DNA of 63,461 bases, filler included, from Craspedostauros australis (taxonomy: Eukaryota): the NCBI GenBank assembly GCA_030167865.1. It is 16 parts of 16 records of this genome, joined end to end, with 100 filler letters (N's around TTAATTAATTAA, not from the genome) between each part and the next. Parts side by side here need not be neighbours in the genome. Positions count along the whole stretch, not along the records: positions 24,425 to 26,960 come from JALAGF010000093.1; positions 27,061 to 30,911 come from JALAGF010000094.1; positions 31,012 to 41,260 come from JALAGF010000096.1; 13 more parts are not named here. The stretch is one strand, 5' to 3'. Each line of letters opens with the position of its first letter. Within the stretch, counting starts at the first letter, position 1. A program made the translations under genes and the position numbers. Below, one piece after another: positions 25,839 to 36,610 of this stretch. The notes beneath the pieces were generated by a model, which ran no database searches, was not told the origin of the DNA, and was given only the letters and a program-made list of their open reading frames with translations.

Positions 25839-26960
25839 TCATGTCGGTGACACCTTCAAGTCGATGCAAACCCTGAGTTGCCTCTTCGCGACGTTGGCGA
25901 CGTGCAGGACCGTCATCTTCAGTCCGTGCTTGTTGCACATTCCCGATAGCAACGATGTCGTTCGCTCACATGAAGGAAACTCATGGTCTGCGACAAAGTC
26001 GTACCAGTGACACTCGCCTCCGTTCGGCGTCAAGTACGGCAGGAACACATCCAAGAAGGACGATCCACCATCTCCCATACCCAGATCACCATCCGTCGCG
26101 CCCTCCTTCGGTCTCGGTGCCAAGATGCGATGGAAGGGATCGGATTGGTCCTTGGGGAAGGGCGGGACGATGTCCATGATGTCGCCTTGCAGAATGGTGA
26201 GCCGTTCAGAGGCACCGGTGCACTTCACCGCCTTGTTCCGCTTCAGCATCGCATGAGCGAGATGCGCACAACGCCCCGCCACCTCGTTCAGCTCAACGGC
26301 GATGACAGCAGATGCTTCCGTCCGCCCAGCGATTTGGAGTGCGTCCATGGCGACGCCAGCAAACAACACCAATGCGCGTTCTCCTCTTGCCACCTGCTGG
26401 CAGATCCGCAGCCGCTCCGGTCCCATCCTCGGAGTGAAGAAGGTTTGCTCGAGATCCACGACGCATTTGATACCGTACTCGGTATGCGTCGTGATGAGTG
26501 GCGATCGCTGTGCTCCTACCAAGATCCGCAACGATTCAGGTGCCCGTTCGCTGCATTCCATGTTGGACTCGCGCACAACGACCATCTTGGTCGCCTTGTT
26601 CTTCTTCATTATGGCCTTGCCCATCTCTTCCGGTGTGTGCGAGTTGTCGTCGCCATCTGGCAAGGAATGGAGGTATGCGACATCGCCGATGACATCGAAC
26701 CTCTTTGGCATCATGCGTTGCCGCGTTACATTGTCGCCACCATCGGTCGATCCGATCAGATCCAGCGCACTCCCTTCATCCTGGCCATGTTGTGCGACAT
26801 CAATAGGAGCTGCATCAACAGGAGGACCTATGGCACGCACGCTCTCCACAAACTGATCGATCTTCTCCCAGTTTCGTCCGTGCCTCTCGTTCGCGAGCTG
26901 CATCAGCCAGTGCGACATCTGCGCGTGCTGCTCATTCACCTCGTTCAGGCCGGCATCTTC
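25839..26960 (-). CDS. Trm5/Met-10+/TYW2-family SAM-dependent tRNA-modifying transferase (5' partial)
   Basis: PKRFDVIGDVA, TTHTEYGIKCVVDLEQTFFTPRMGPERLRI, motif I-like VLFAGV and AVELN. The frame is open to the contig edge. Confidence 0.8.
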   Translation of the reverse strand, partial: EDAGLNEVNEQHAQMSHWLMQLANERHGRNWEKIDQFVESVRAIGPPVDAAPIDVAQHGQDEGSALDLIGSTDGGDNVTRQRMMPKRFDVIGDVAYLHSLPDGDDNSHTPEEMGKAIMKKNKATKMVVVRESNMECSERAPESLRILVGAQRSPLITTHTEYGIKCVVDLEQTFFTPRMGPERLRICQQVARGERALVLFAGVAMDALQIAGRTEASAVIAVELNEVAGRCAHLAHAMLKRNKAVKCTGASERLTILQGDIMDIVPPFPKDQSDPFHRILAPRPKEGATDGDLGMGDGGSSFLDVFLPYLTPNGGECHWYDFVADHEFPSCERTTSLLSGMCNKHGLKMTVLHVANVAKRQLRVCIDLKVSPT

Positions 26961-27060
26961 NNNNNNNNNNNNNNNNNNNNNNNNNNNNNNNNNNNNNNNN
27001 NNNNTTAATTAATTAANNNNNNNNNNNNNNNNNNNNNNNNNNNNNNNNNNNNNNNNNNNN

Positions 27061-27455
27061 TGATGAGCCATGGGAGAAGTTGCCGCCGTCATTGCACACG
27101 ATTTCTTTGATCTGTGGATCCGATGAGAGCATGCCTCTGTCTCATTGTTTGCGGATTGTGGCTGCGATGCATTTCTTTGAGCATCGGTATGAACAAGCGT
27201 GGTTGGTTGTGGTGCGTGTAGTGGGGACTGAGGAACATCTCCGAACTGATGGCTCTGCAGGTCTCGGAAGAAGTTGCTGCGTCCGATCTCACGGATGCAA
27301 CCATCCAACATGTGCTGAATCTCCGTTTCCGACACCGCATCGTACGTTTCTGTGGGTGCGCGCGGCTGCTGATGACTTGAATCCAGACCGCACCATGGGC
27401 CATGACATGTCTTGCCATTACTGTTGGTTCTGTTGTTGGTGCTGCCATTGCCCAT
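27061..27455 (-). CDS. Hypothetical protein fragment (3' cut by contig edge)
   Basis: Open frame running into the linker. No recognisable domain. Confidence 0.3.
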
Positions 27456-28315
27456 GTCTCAAGATATTCTCTACTCCGGAGCAGTTGGTGTGATATCTTC
27501 CCTTCGGATGTCGCTGAGCGATGCGACACGTTGGAGATCGCTGCTCGTCATCCATCATTGGCATCATCAGCGTCATCATCATCGTCGTCTCTTACCATGG
27601 CCGCCTTCGTTGATTCTGGTTGGCGTGTCATGTTTTGCGCAGCCGCTGCTTGCTTGATTACTCCATTGCTTCGTTGCTTTGTTCCTTTGTTGCTTGAGGT
27701 TCAATGTCTCAGTGTTGGCTGATACTTCCATCAATGCAAACATAGTCATGCCATTTCATCTCTCTGTCTCCGGAGACTTTCATGTTGCGGGCTTCGAATT
27801 GATGTGGCGTTGATTATGGCTGAAGTGGAGTGGTTGGAGGCAACGACTATTTCGAATCACCTTTGTGTCACGATCAATGATCTCTCGCGTTCGTTGATCT
27901 TCTTTGATGGTTTCACTCATAGTCGAATCAGTCGAAGATTCGGGTTTTCCAAGACCCACAAAAGAGAACTCTGTTGTGGTGGGAACGTGTTTCCTTCTTT
28001 CTTGTTGTCTGCGTGCATTTTTGTGATGGATGGGGACAGAAGGATCCAAACCATGTGATCAAGAGGAGGCAAACACAGACATCAACACACACCACCCAAC
28101 CCCATACTTGAGCACATCAACAACAGTCATCGAATTGCCACTCATATTCATGACACAGTGCATGGTACTCATAACAATACAAGCCATTGAAGACACCACG
28201 ATCGATATCTCTGCCATAGGCAGCTCAGACTACACATTTCCTCGACAGCCAATCCAACGCCAATCGTTCAACGTCCAACGTCAATCGCCCAGCAACCAAC
28301 GATCATCCTCTCAAA

Positions 28316-29053
28316 ATGCCGTATGTCACAGACCAACAACTCATTGATGCTGGCAAAGCAGGTGACTTATCGGTGATGAAGAAATGGAAGAAGCAGAACC
28401 AGACGCAGAAGGAAAGATTTGATGTCAACAAGGTTGCAGTCTGGGGTAGTCCGACGCCCCTTCATTGGGCATGCTCCAAAGGCTCCATGGAGTGTGTGAA
28501 GTACCTCATCGAATCATGTGGGGCGAATGCCAGCTGCAAAACCAAGGATGGTTGGACTCCCCTTCATCACGCATGCCGCAGCGGCCACCTGGAGTGTATC
28601 AAGTACCTCATCGAATCATGTGGGGCCAATGCCAACTGCGAAACCATAACTGGTTCCACTCCCCTTTATTGGGCATGCCTCTGGGGCACACTGGATTGTG
28701 TGAAGTACCTCATCAAATCATGCGGGGCCGACACCAACTGCAAAACTAACAATGGTGACACTCCCCTTCATGCGGCATGCCGCAACGGCCGCCTGGAGTA
28801 TGTCAAGTACCTCATCGAATCATGTGGGGTGAGCATCAACTGCAAAAACAACGATGGTGACACTCCCCTTCATTTCGCATGCCACCATTGCAGGCCAAAT
28901 TGTGTGAAGTACCTTGTTGCATCAGCCAATGCCGATATCGACGTCCAAAACAACAACAACAGAACCCTCCTCGACGTGATCGGTACAGAACATTACATCG
29001 AAATCGCAAGATTGATCAGGAGGCGTCCCAGGCACCGCATCCCACGACTGTAA
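28316..29053 (+). CDS. Ankyrin-repeat protein, possibly the truncated 5' part of an ankyrin-BTB gene
   Basis: Five clear G.TPL[H/Y].AC..G..ECVKYLIE.CGA repeats at about 102-bp periodicity, plus degenerate terminal repeats. Confidence 0.88.
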   Translation: MPYVTDQQLIDAGKAGDLSVMKKWKKQNQTQKERFDVNKVAVWGSPTPLHWACSKGSMECVKYLIESCGANASCKTKDGWTPLHHACRSGHLECIKYLIESCGANANCETITGSTPLYWACLWGTLDCVKYLIKSCGADTNCKTNNGDTPLHAACRNGRLEYVKYLIESCGVSINCKNNDGDTPLHFACHHCRPNCVKYLVASANADIDVQNNNNRTLLDVIGTEHYIEIARLIRRRPRHRIPRL

Positions 29054-29542
29054 CAACGCTAACAATAAAACGAGGAAGAGAATGAAGAACCACAAGAACA
29101 GTCGGGATAACAGTTGAAGCAGAAGGAACAAGAGAATGAACACAAACACAGTAGCCACAACAGGACCAACATCAGTATCAGAGAAGACCGGCTCAGATCC
29201 TTCCAACTCGAGAACAGGGCAGACACCATCTTCTTGTGTGGACAGGGCGACTAACAGCAACCAATCAAGACAAATGCCGAAGCCCTCATGATCACCGTCC
29301 CATCCATTGAGACACTGATCGACAAAGGAATCCAACCTCACCACGCAAATGATGGCACCCAAGACGGCGCGGTCCCCATGCAAGCAACTGTCCCTCTTCT
29401 CAACCTTCAAGCAAAACACATCCGATACATCCTCCAATGCATCTACACAGGCGAGATATCCTTCAACAACAACACTCATGACGACACCGATGATGATGAC
29501 GCAAACCAGCATCTCTTCATGCGACACAACTCTGTTCGATGA
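29054..29542 (+). pseudogene. In-frame continuation of the ankyrin gene: Gln/Glu-rich linker plus BTB/POZ-like domain, interrupted by TAA codons
   Basis: Same frame as 28316. It reads ...ADTIFLCGQGD*QQPIKTNAEALMITVPSIETLI...TVPLLNLQAKHIRYILQCIYTGEISF, which resembles the BTB consensus. Confidence 0.6.
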
Positions 29543-30350
29543 TGGCAATGGCGATGGTGACCACTCCAACATCACCGCATCCCTTCACATTGATACCATC
29601 AACGCAAACACCAACGCAAACACCAACACAAACAATCAGACGAGATGATGAGGCATCAACATCCAAGAGGAACTGTGGGAAGGCTCACCAGTTTCTCCGC
29701 ACCTTGACCCACCCGTCTTATGACTATGAGTATGGAACCTTCCATGAGTACGATCTACTCTGGGAGTTGCCACAGCAAAGCGTGCAGCCTGATACTCTGT
29801 CCGAACCTTCGTGCGGTCATGAGGTCATGACGATTGAAGTTGCTGGAAGAGGACGATGTCAGACCACCGGGTCCGTGTGCTGCTGTGGGAAGGCACGCCT
29901 GCACACATCTGCACCCATGTACACACATCGTCAGCATCCCATACTCGTAATACCGGCAGAACACAACAGTCAAAGACTCGACATCGCGCAGTGCAGCGAC
30001 AGACTGTGAGGATCGCAACATCCTGTGTGTGTGAGCATCAAGGTTGCGAAGTTGCTGAAACAAGTTCTGCCAATGACGTACGACGCCGCATTTCTCAGCA
30101 TCTATTGCATCGACCAACCGCAACAACAGGTCCGGCGCGAATGAAGCTGGCTCCACTGAATCCCTTCATGCATCAACACCCAACTGCAACAGACGAAGCT
30201 GATGCCAGCACCTACGGCAGGGTGGGAATCCAGTGGTTGAATGAAGAAGAACCCGATGTAGTAAGTGGGCCAAAGGTGTCTCGAGGTATATGTAATAGTA
30301 GTCTACGACCACACATACAAGTACGAGTACTCTTCAGAGAGCAGAATCTA

Positions 30351-30911
30351 TCATATTATCCTGCACTGCGAATGAATCGATGAATCACCCCCAATTTGAA
30401 AGATCCAGGTCTTGACGGCGTCCACAGTCTCCATTGCATTCGATACCTCCTGTGCCTTGTCTGCGGAACACCAAGCAACGCCACATCCACCACCACCGGA
30501 ACCCACGATCTTGAAACCCCACGCTCCCGTATGCAGGGCTGCGGTGCGCATATCCTCAATGCGAGGCGTCGACAACTGCAATCCATCCCGCAACGCACAA
30601 TGATGCACGTCCATCAGCTTGGCGAGTTGCCGACCGCTGCCGGTTGCGTTGGACATCCACAGTTTCGCGGCTTCCGCTTCCACATCGCGATTCGTGCGCG
30701 TCGCCTGCAACAGCGTGCGTTCGGTTTCGTCCAGATCCGCGTCCTGCGTATCCCAATCACCATGCAGCTTGGTCGCGTACAGTTCCAACCGATCGTACTT
30801 GCAGCGTTTGAGATGCCGCATCGTGTCCTTGGGCTGGCCCGAGTCCCCCAGCACCCACGCGCCATCGACGGGCGGCAACTTCACGACGGCGTCCGGAGCA
30901 ATACGCAGACA
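30351..30911 (-). CDS. GHMP kinase (galactokinase-like), C-terminal part (5' partial)
   Basis: VLGDSGQPKDT, LAKLMDVHHCALRDGLQLSTPRIEDM and GAWGFKIVGSGGGGC (GHMP motif III). Confidence 0.85.
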   Translation of the reverse strand, partial: CLRIAPDAVVKLPPVDGAWVLGDSGQPKDTMRHLKRCKYDRLELYATKLHGDWDTQDADLDETERTLLQATRTNRDVEAEAAKLWMSNATGSGRQLAKLMDVHHCALRDGLQLSTPRIEDMRTAALHTGAWGFKIVGSGGGGCGVAWCSADKAQEVSNAMETVDAVKTWIFQIGGDSSIHSQCRII

Positions 30912-31011
30912 NNNNNNNNNNNNNNNNNNNNNNNNNNNNNNNNNNNNNNNNNNNNTTAATTAATTAANNNNNNNNNNNNNNNNNNNNNNNNNNNNNNNNN
31001 NNNNNNNNNNN

Positions 31012-32095
31012 TCCACACAGTCGATTTCGAACAAGCAGAGCTCGCGTTTGTCGTCCTCCTTCCTTTTGTCGGCGTTTGTGCTCCTTGGTTTTGGTGGCGC
31101 CTGTTGTGGTGGTTTGGTTCTTCGCTGGTTTCTGCGTCGTTCATGCCCTTCACACAGTGCCGAGTGTTTCTTGGTGTTGGACTCGCTTGCGTTGCCATCC
31201 GACGGGCACGACACACACACTCATGCATTCGGTGTCTCTGTTCGATCGAGCGCAAATCGCCAACACAAATACAGCAACCAGCTCCTCATGGTTGCTGATC
31301 ATCCTCCTGTCAACAAATGTGTTGCGATGCATCTTTTGAAGCATTGCGCCACTGATGCCGACTCCACTGCGTCGTCATCACTTTCGTCATGTTTGGTTTG
31401 GTGGTGGTTTTGGTCCGTTTTGTTGTGTGTTGGTCTCATGTGGCATTCTGGTGTGGGCTCAAAAGCACGCGCTTGTTGTCTCGTTTCTGTGTCATTCACC
31501 GCGTCCGGTTGCGGTACATTTTACAGCGACGACAGCGTTTGGCGAACTTCAACTATTACTCTTCTAACACAAACCCTTTGGTCACGGAAAGTGTTCTTCG
31601 ATTTCGTTGATGCGACATAACATGTGTTCACCGTGATACGAGTTTGTCCATCCCAGTGTGCACCAAAGAACACAACACACAATGTGCCCTGAGAGCAGAA
31701 CCACACAAACATGCTGCCGCTGTTGTCACAAAATGGAAGTGAACCGTTGTTGTTGGCACATTCGTGCCTTGTTGCACTGATAGCTACTCCTCACTCCTAC
31801 AATACTCTACTCCACCTTGCTCTGCTTGCACTCTATTCAGGTCACAAACCAGTTGTCATTGATGTAGTGTTTCATTGAGACACTTTTGCACTTGCGTGTT
31901 GCAATAGCAAGATGATTGTCATTCGAATAGCACTGCTCATCTTGGTTCGCATGGCGCTGCTATGGTTGCGAGGGCGTGATCGTTCGCGTACCACTGCAGG
32001 GCACAACGCAGTGTGACTGTGGGCGTTGGCTCTCTTCCGTTTTGTTCTGCGTGACGGCGTGTACTTCTGCAATCCTCGCGCACGATCGATACTGG
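31012..32095 (-). repeat. Reverse-orientation copy of the 1235-bp tandem repeat unit, including the array border
   Basis: Reverse complement of about 42469-43552, with the same small ORFs. Homology stops at 32095. Confidence 0.95.
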
Positions 32096-32969
32096 CGAAC
32101 AGTGATCAAGATGCCAATGACCAGACACAAGGAGGTCTGTGTTAGTTGTACATCGATGCATGCGGATGGCATACGTGGGTGGTGGCGACAGCTGGATTGG
32201 AGTTGGCACCGCCATCTCTTTTGTTGTCTCTGATTGAAGTTGCAACTAGGACGCGTGCCACGCGCGAACAAGGCACCCCATGCAAAAAATCGCAATGATG
32301 TCGCGATCTCCCATGCATGGGAGCACCGCAGAAACCTGCGCAATTCTCACTCTGTTCACAAGAAACACAACATCCCCGCGAGGACGATGGGGAGTCACCA
32401 CATGTGGCACTGCCAGAAATTTAACCATCGTCAACAGATCATTGCAGCCAAAGACCATTTTGCACTTCTGAGTTTTGCGACAACATCTGCGATGAATCCG
32501 TGACAAGCGAGGACATGTGCACCAAAGGCGGATCCTCTTTTGTCAAGGGCATGCATGCGGCAATGGAGCGCGATTGAACTGGTCGTGTTCTCTCTCTTGG
32601 AGGGAAAAAGAGCTTCCATTGAAACGCCTTTGCACAATTACCTTTCAGTGATGTTGTCATGGGAGCAATAAGACATGCGAACCGGCACTCCAGGATTTGG
32701 TGCAGAACACACGCAGGATGTGCACATTCGGCGAAAACAGTGATGCGTCTCCGCGCATCGTGAATCAACTATTACTCCGCACAATTCCCCCCAAGTCACG
32801 TTGTGGCGGTTAGCTGTTCGTATCACTTTTTGCAATCGCATGCTCCTTTTCGATGTCATGTGCGTCTCCTCATGTGTTTGTCATCGAATGCGCGACGCAG
32901 CGCAGGCCCAACCGACAAATTCTATTTGCATGTGGATGATACCAGTGCGCGCTCTGTGAAGCACGTCCT

Positions 32970-33870
32970 GTGCATGCACAACAAGCGCTGCGCATGCGCA
33001 TGCATTGCGCATGCACTTCGGCTACGCATGCACTTGGGATGCGCATGCACTTTGGCTGCGCATGCACTTTGGCTGCGCATGCACTTCGGCTGCGCATGCA
33101 CTTCGGCTTCGCATGCACGTCGGCTGCGCATGCACTTGGGCTGCGCATGCACTTCGACTGCGCATGCACATCAGGCACATTTTCTGCACATCGCTGTTTT
33201 CGCCGACATTTTCCCTGAAATTTGCGTGTTTTCTGCACATCAGGGAAATATCACGATTTCATGCAAATTTATGTCTATTTTATGTCTTTCATATATCCGA
33301 TGGGACATGAATCCGATCCTGCTTCTTGCCCATCACAGTATCACTTCCACTCTAAGTTTCAGTACTACTCAGCAACAAACAACAGAGGATTAGAGTCAAT
33401 ACAATTGTATTGGGGAATCAGCTAACGCATCAATTGAAAACAATCATTATTTTCTTCTTTTCTATGATGCTTTCGTGTGATCAATGATGTTAGTCTATGT
33501 AGTATTGACTAGAAGTACGATATGATTTATGTCTCAGTCATGACCGTGTCGTGTCGTAGTGATGTCTTGGGAAAATGCATGCGCAGGGAAAATGCATGCG
33601 CAGCCGAAGTGCATGCGCAGTCAAAATGCATGCGCAACCGAAGTGCATGCGCAACCGAAGTGCATGCGCAGTCAAAGTGCATGCACAGTCAAAGTGCATG
33701 CGCATGCGCAGTCGAAGTGAATGTGCATGCGCAGTCAAAGTGCATGTGCAGTCAAAGCGCATGCGCAGCCGACGTGCATGCGAAGCCGAAGTGCATGCGC
33801 AGCCAACGTGCATGCGCAGTCAAAGTGCATGCGCAATGCATGTGCATGCGCATGCGCACTCGAAGTGAAT
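32970..33870. repeat. Foldback-like structure: two inverted arrays of a 17-bp unit TGCGCATGCACTT(C/T)GGC around an AT-richer spacer of about 400 bp
   Basis: Left arm has about 9-10 units (33006-33170). Right arm has more than a dozen reverse-complement units (33575-33870). Confidence 0.9.
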
Positions 33871-35994
33871 GTGCTTGGGAACCGCGGTAAATACGTTTTC
33901 GGCGTCGTTTTCCGATGGGACTGCCTTAGTAGTCCATTTAGTCCGTGCACTTGGCCTCACAAAACGCAAAGGTACTACTGTAGACGTGTGATCGACGTCC
34001 CGTGGGAGAGGCTATGAACACTAGGAGCTACTTCTGTTGCCATTGATTGCCCAGTGCAGGACAGCTTGACGGGGCTTAGCTGGCGTCTGCGTCATCAATT
34101 TCGGCTTGGTGTCTTTGGGGCTGTGGCCACCATCCGCGTGGAGGCCAATCGCCCAGGTACGCGCTTTCTGGGCTTGATCTTTGTTGTGCAGTCTTGCTTC
34201 AACAGTGGAAACAGTGAGCGCAACCACGAACGCAGGTAGAGGGCAAAGTCTCACGCACGAAGTGGTATGAAAAGCACGTCTGTCCTGACCAGAATAGCCT
34301 GCGAGTGCGAGCGGACACATCCTGCTTGCCGAATGTGACATGACATGTTCCGTTTGCAAACTGAGGCAAGGGCGATAGGAAGAGGAGGTGGATGGAGTTG
34401 GCGTGAACTTCGAAGCGGTATTCGCCAGTACGATGATTGATGCACGGGTGGCTTGGCTGTCCAAATGCCCAAAAGTGATTTCTTCATCTTGATGAGAACG
34501 AGTGTTTTGTCCTACAGCAACAGGAGATGGCGGAACAACTATGCCTTCTGTGACGTCACAATGCATGAGGAGTCGTCATGTGAGACCACACCACAATTCA
34601 TGCGATTAATTGTTTGATTGCGCAGATAACGCGCAAGGTTAGTGGCGTCACATGACTTGAAATGACGCAGTGAGCCTCCACCTGGGCGAACGATGATGCA
34701 GATTGCATCAGCCTTCACGTCGCTTTCGCAGTCACTGATGTGGGAGCAGGTCATTCCTGAACGTTGCCTGATCCGTTGTCATCTCGAATCTGACTCACCT
34801 GAATGGGGAGAAGTTCTCTTTGCGCCCGCTACGGTTGGAAGAACGTAGGCGCGTCATTTGGATTGAGCAAGCGTGGGAAGCTGGAAGCAATGGTCGCCAC
34901 GGCTGTGCGCCATGTGAGAGATGTGGTTCGTGGTATTAAGCGCTTCTCTGGACTAGTTTGCATTAATTATCAGCATGATTGCATCAACCTCATGTTTGTC
35001 ATGTGAAACGCAAGCGACTACGTCCGAAACGAGGGGTTATCTTCCCTCATGCGGAACAATTCACCTCAAGATGGCACCAGCTCCAGGATCCCTTGTCCCA
35101 TGCCAAGTGTTTGAAGCGGCGTGCATCATGCAATCGCTCAGTGTGAAGTACGACGTCTTGTCACTGCTTTCGCTCCTGACAATTCTCCCATCTTCGTGAC
35201 ACATGGCGTTGAGACACCAAGCTAGATTTGCCATAGCACTTGCATGCAACCACAGAGATTGCGAGATAGATAGAGAACATGTTCATTTGCGCTCTTTGAC
35301 ATCGTTGCTCGACGTGAAGAGTTGAAGTAAACTGCTGATAGCTGTACAGGCACATCCATGTCTGACTAATCAAACAAAGGTAGCCTATCCAAAACGTGGG
35401 TGGATCCGGCTGATGGTGCACGTTTGAGGGTGGTTGATTCGAGGAGGACGCGGGAGCAGACATGTTCGTGGTTGTTCTTGTGCTGGCGAGGTTAACCGCT
35501 GTATGACCGTGACGATTGGACGCCCTGTGGACTGATATGCCAATCAACTCTAGATTATCCGCATCCCCCAGGTTATGTGTTTCTGTGTGGAGAAATCGAG
35601 AACCATGATCAGTACCTGGGATTGATAGGGCGTTCTTCGTCTCGGAAGTCTAGCTAGCACGAGCGCTTTCGGTACACGTGAGTATCACGATACTATGCCC
35701 CAACACACATGGGGAGCGGTGAAACGAAAGTGACCGACGTGGCCAGCGCGCAAGTAAGTCCGAGAGGGAGGGGCAATACATGGAGGAGAACACGCTCCAA
35801 TGTGCAAGCCCCGTCGAATCGGTGTTCTTCCGGAGTTTCGCGCCCGCGAACGCGCGCAAGCACCACGGAGTATCCTGAATGGGAAGCGTTGCGATCGACA
35901 TCGACACGACACAGGATCGACAAGGGACCCCTATGAACACACCAGTGACACGACATGGACATGCGACACGCACGAGACAGGACAGGCACCGACA

Positions 35995-36610
35995 AGCAAT
36001 TGAGGGGAATCGACGAGCAATTGAGGGGAATCGACGAGCAAACGAGGTGCGTCCGACAAGCAAACGAGGGGAATCGACGAGCAATTGAAGGGAATCGACG
36101 AGCAATTGAGGGGAATCGACGAGCAAGGGACACTAAGTCAGCACCAAATTGCTCAAAATTACCGCCGATTTGTCACTGTGACACGTGTTGATAGTTGGCC
36201 AAGTTATGATATCGAGTCTAGTTGTCTTTTTACCGGCAGTATGGTGCATGATTCACAAATAGATACGCCAGGTGAAACATAATGTCTGTATTGTTCAGAA
36301 GAAGTGGTTGATCTTGATTGAAAACAGCATTTGGAAGCACAGTTGACATGAGAGTTTTGCATCGCAGCGTTTCAATACTTGCAACCTACGATACTGTGAC
36401 ATTTTCCACTAATTGATATTGTCGCATGCGACGTGTCGAAAGTACAGAAATAGACCACAATTGAGGGGAATCGACGAGCAAACGAGGGGAATCGACGAGC
36501 AATTGAGGGGAATCGACGAGCAAACGAGGCACGTCGCACGAGCAAACGAGGCGCGTCGCACGAGCAAAGAGGCACGTCCGACGAGCAAACTCGGGGCGAC
36601 CGACGAGCAA
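35995..36610. repeat. Two clusters of a 21-bp direct repeat (AATTGAGGGGAATCGACGAGC and variants) separated by about 330 bp
   Basis: Clusters at about 35995-36126 and 36458-36610 in the same orientation. Confidence 0.9.

Noticed and set aside
32803..34017. Cys/His-rich 'metallothionein-like' ORFs
   Set aside because: Translations of the 17-bp TGCATGCGCA repeat that are open in several frames on both strands.
35995..36610. CRISPR-like array
   Set aside because: Units are contiguous tandem repeats without unique spacers, there are no cas genes and the context is eukaryotic. The same applies to 162-237 and 32970-33870.
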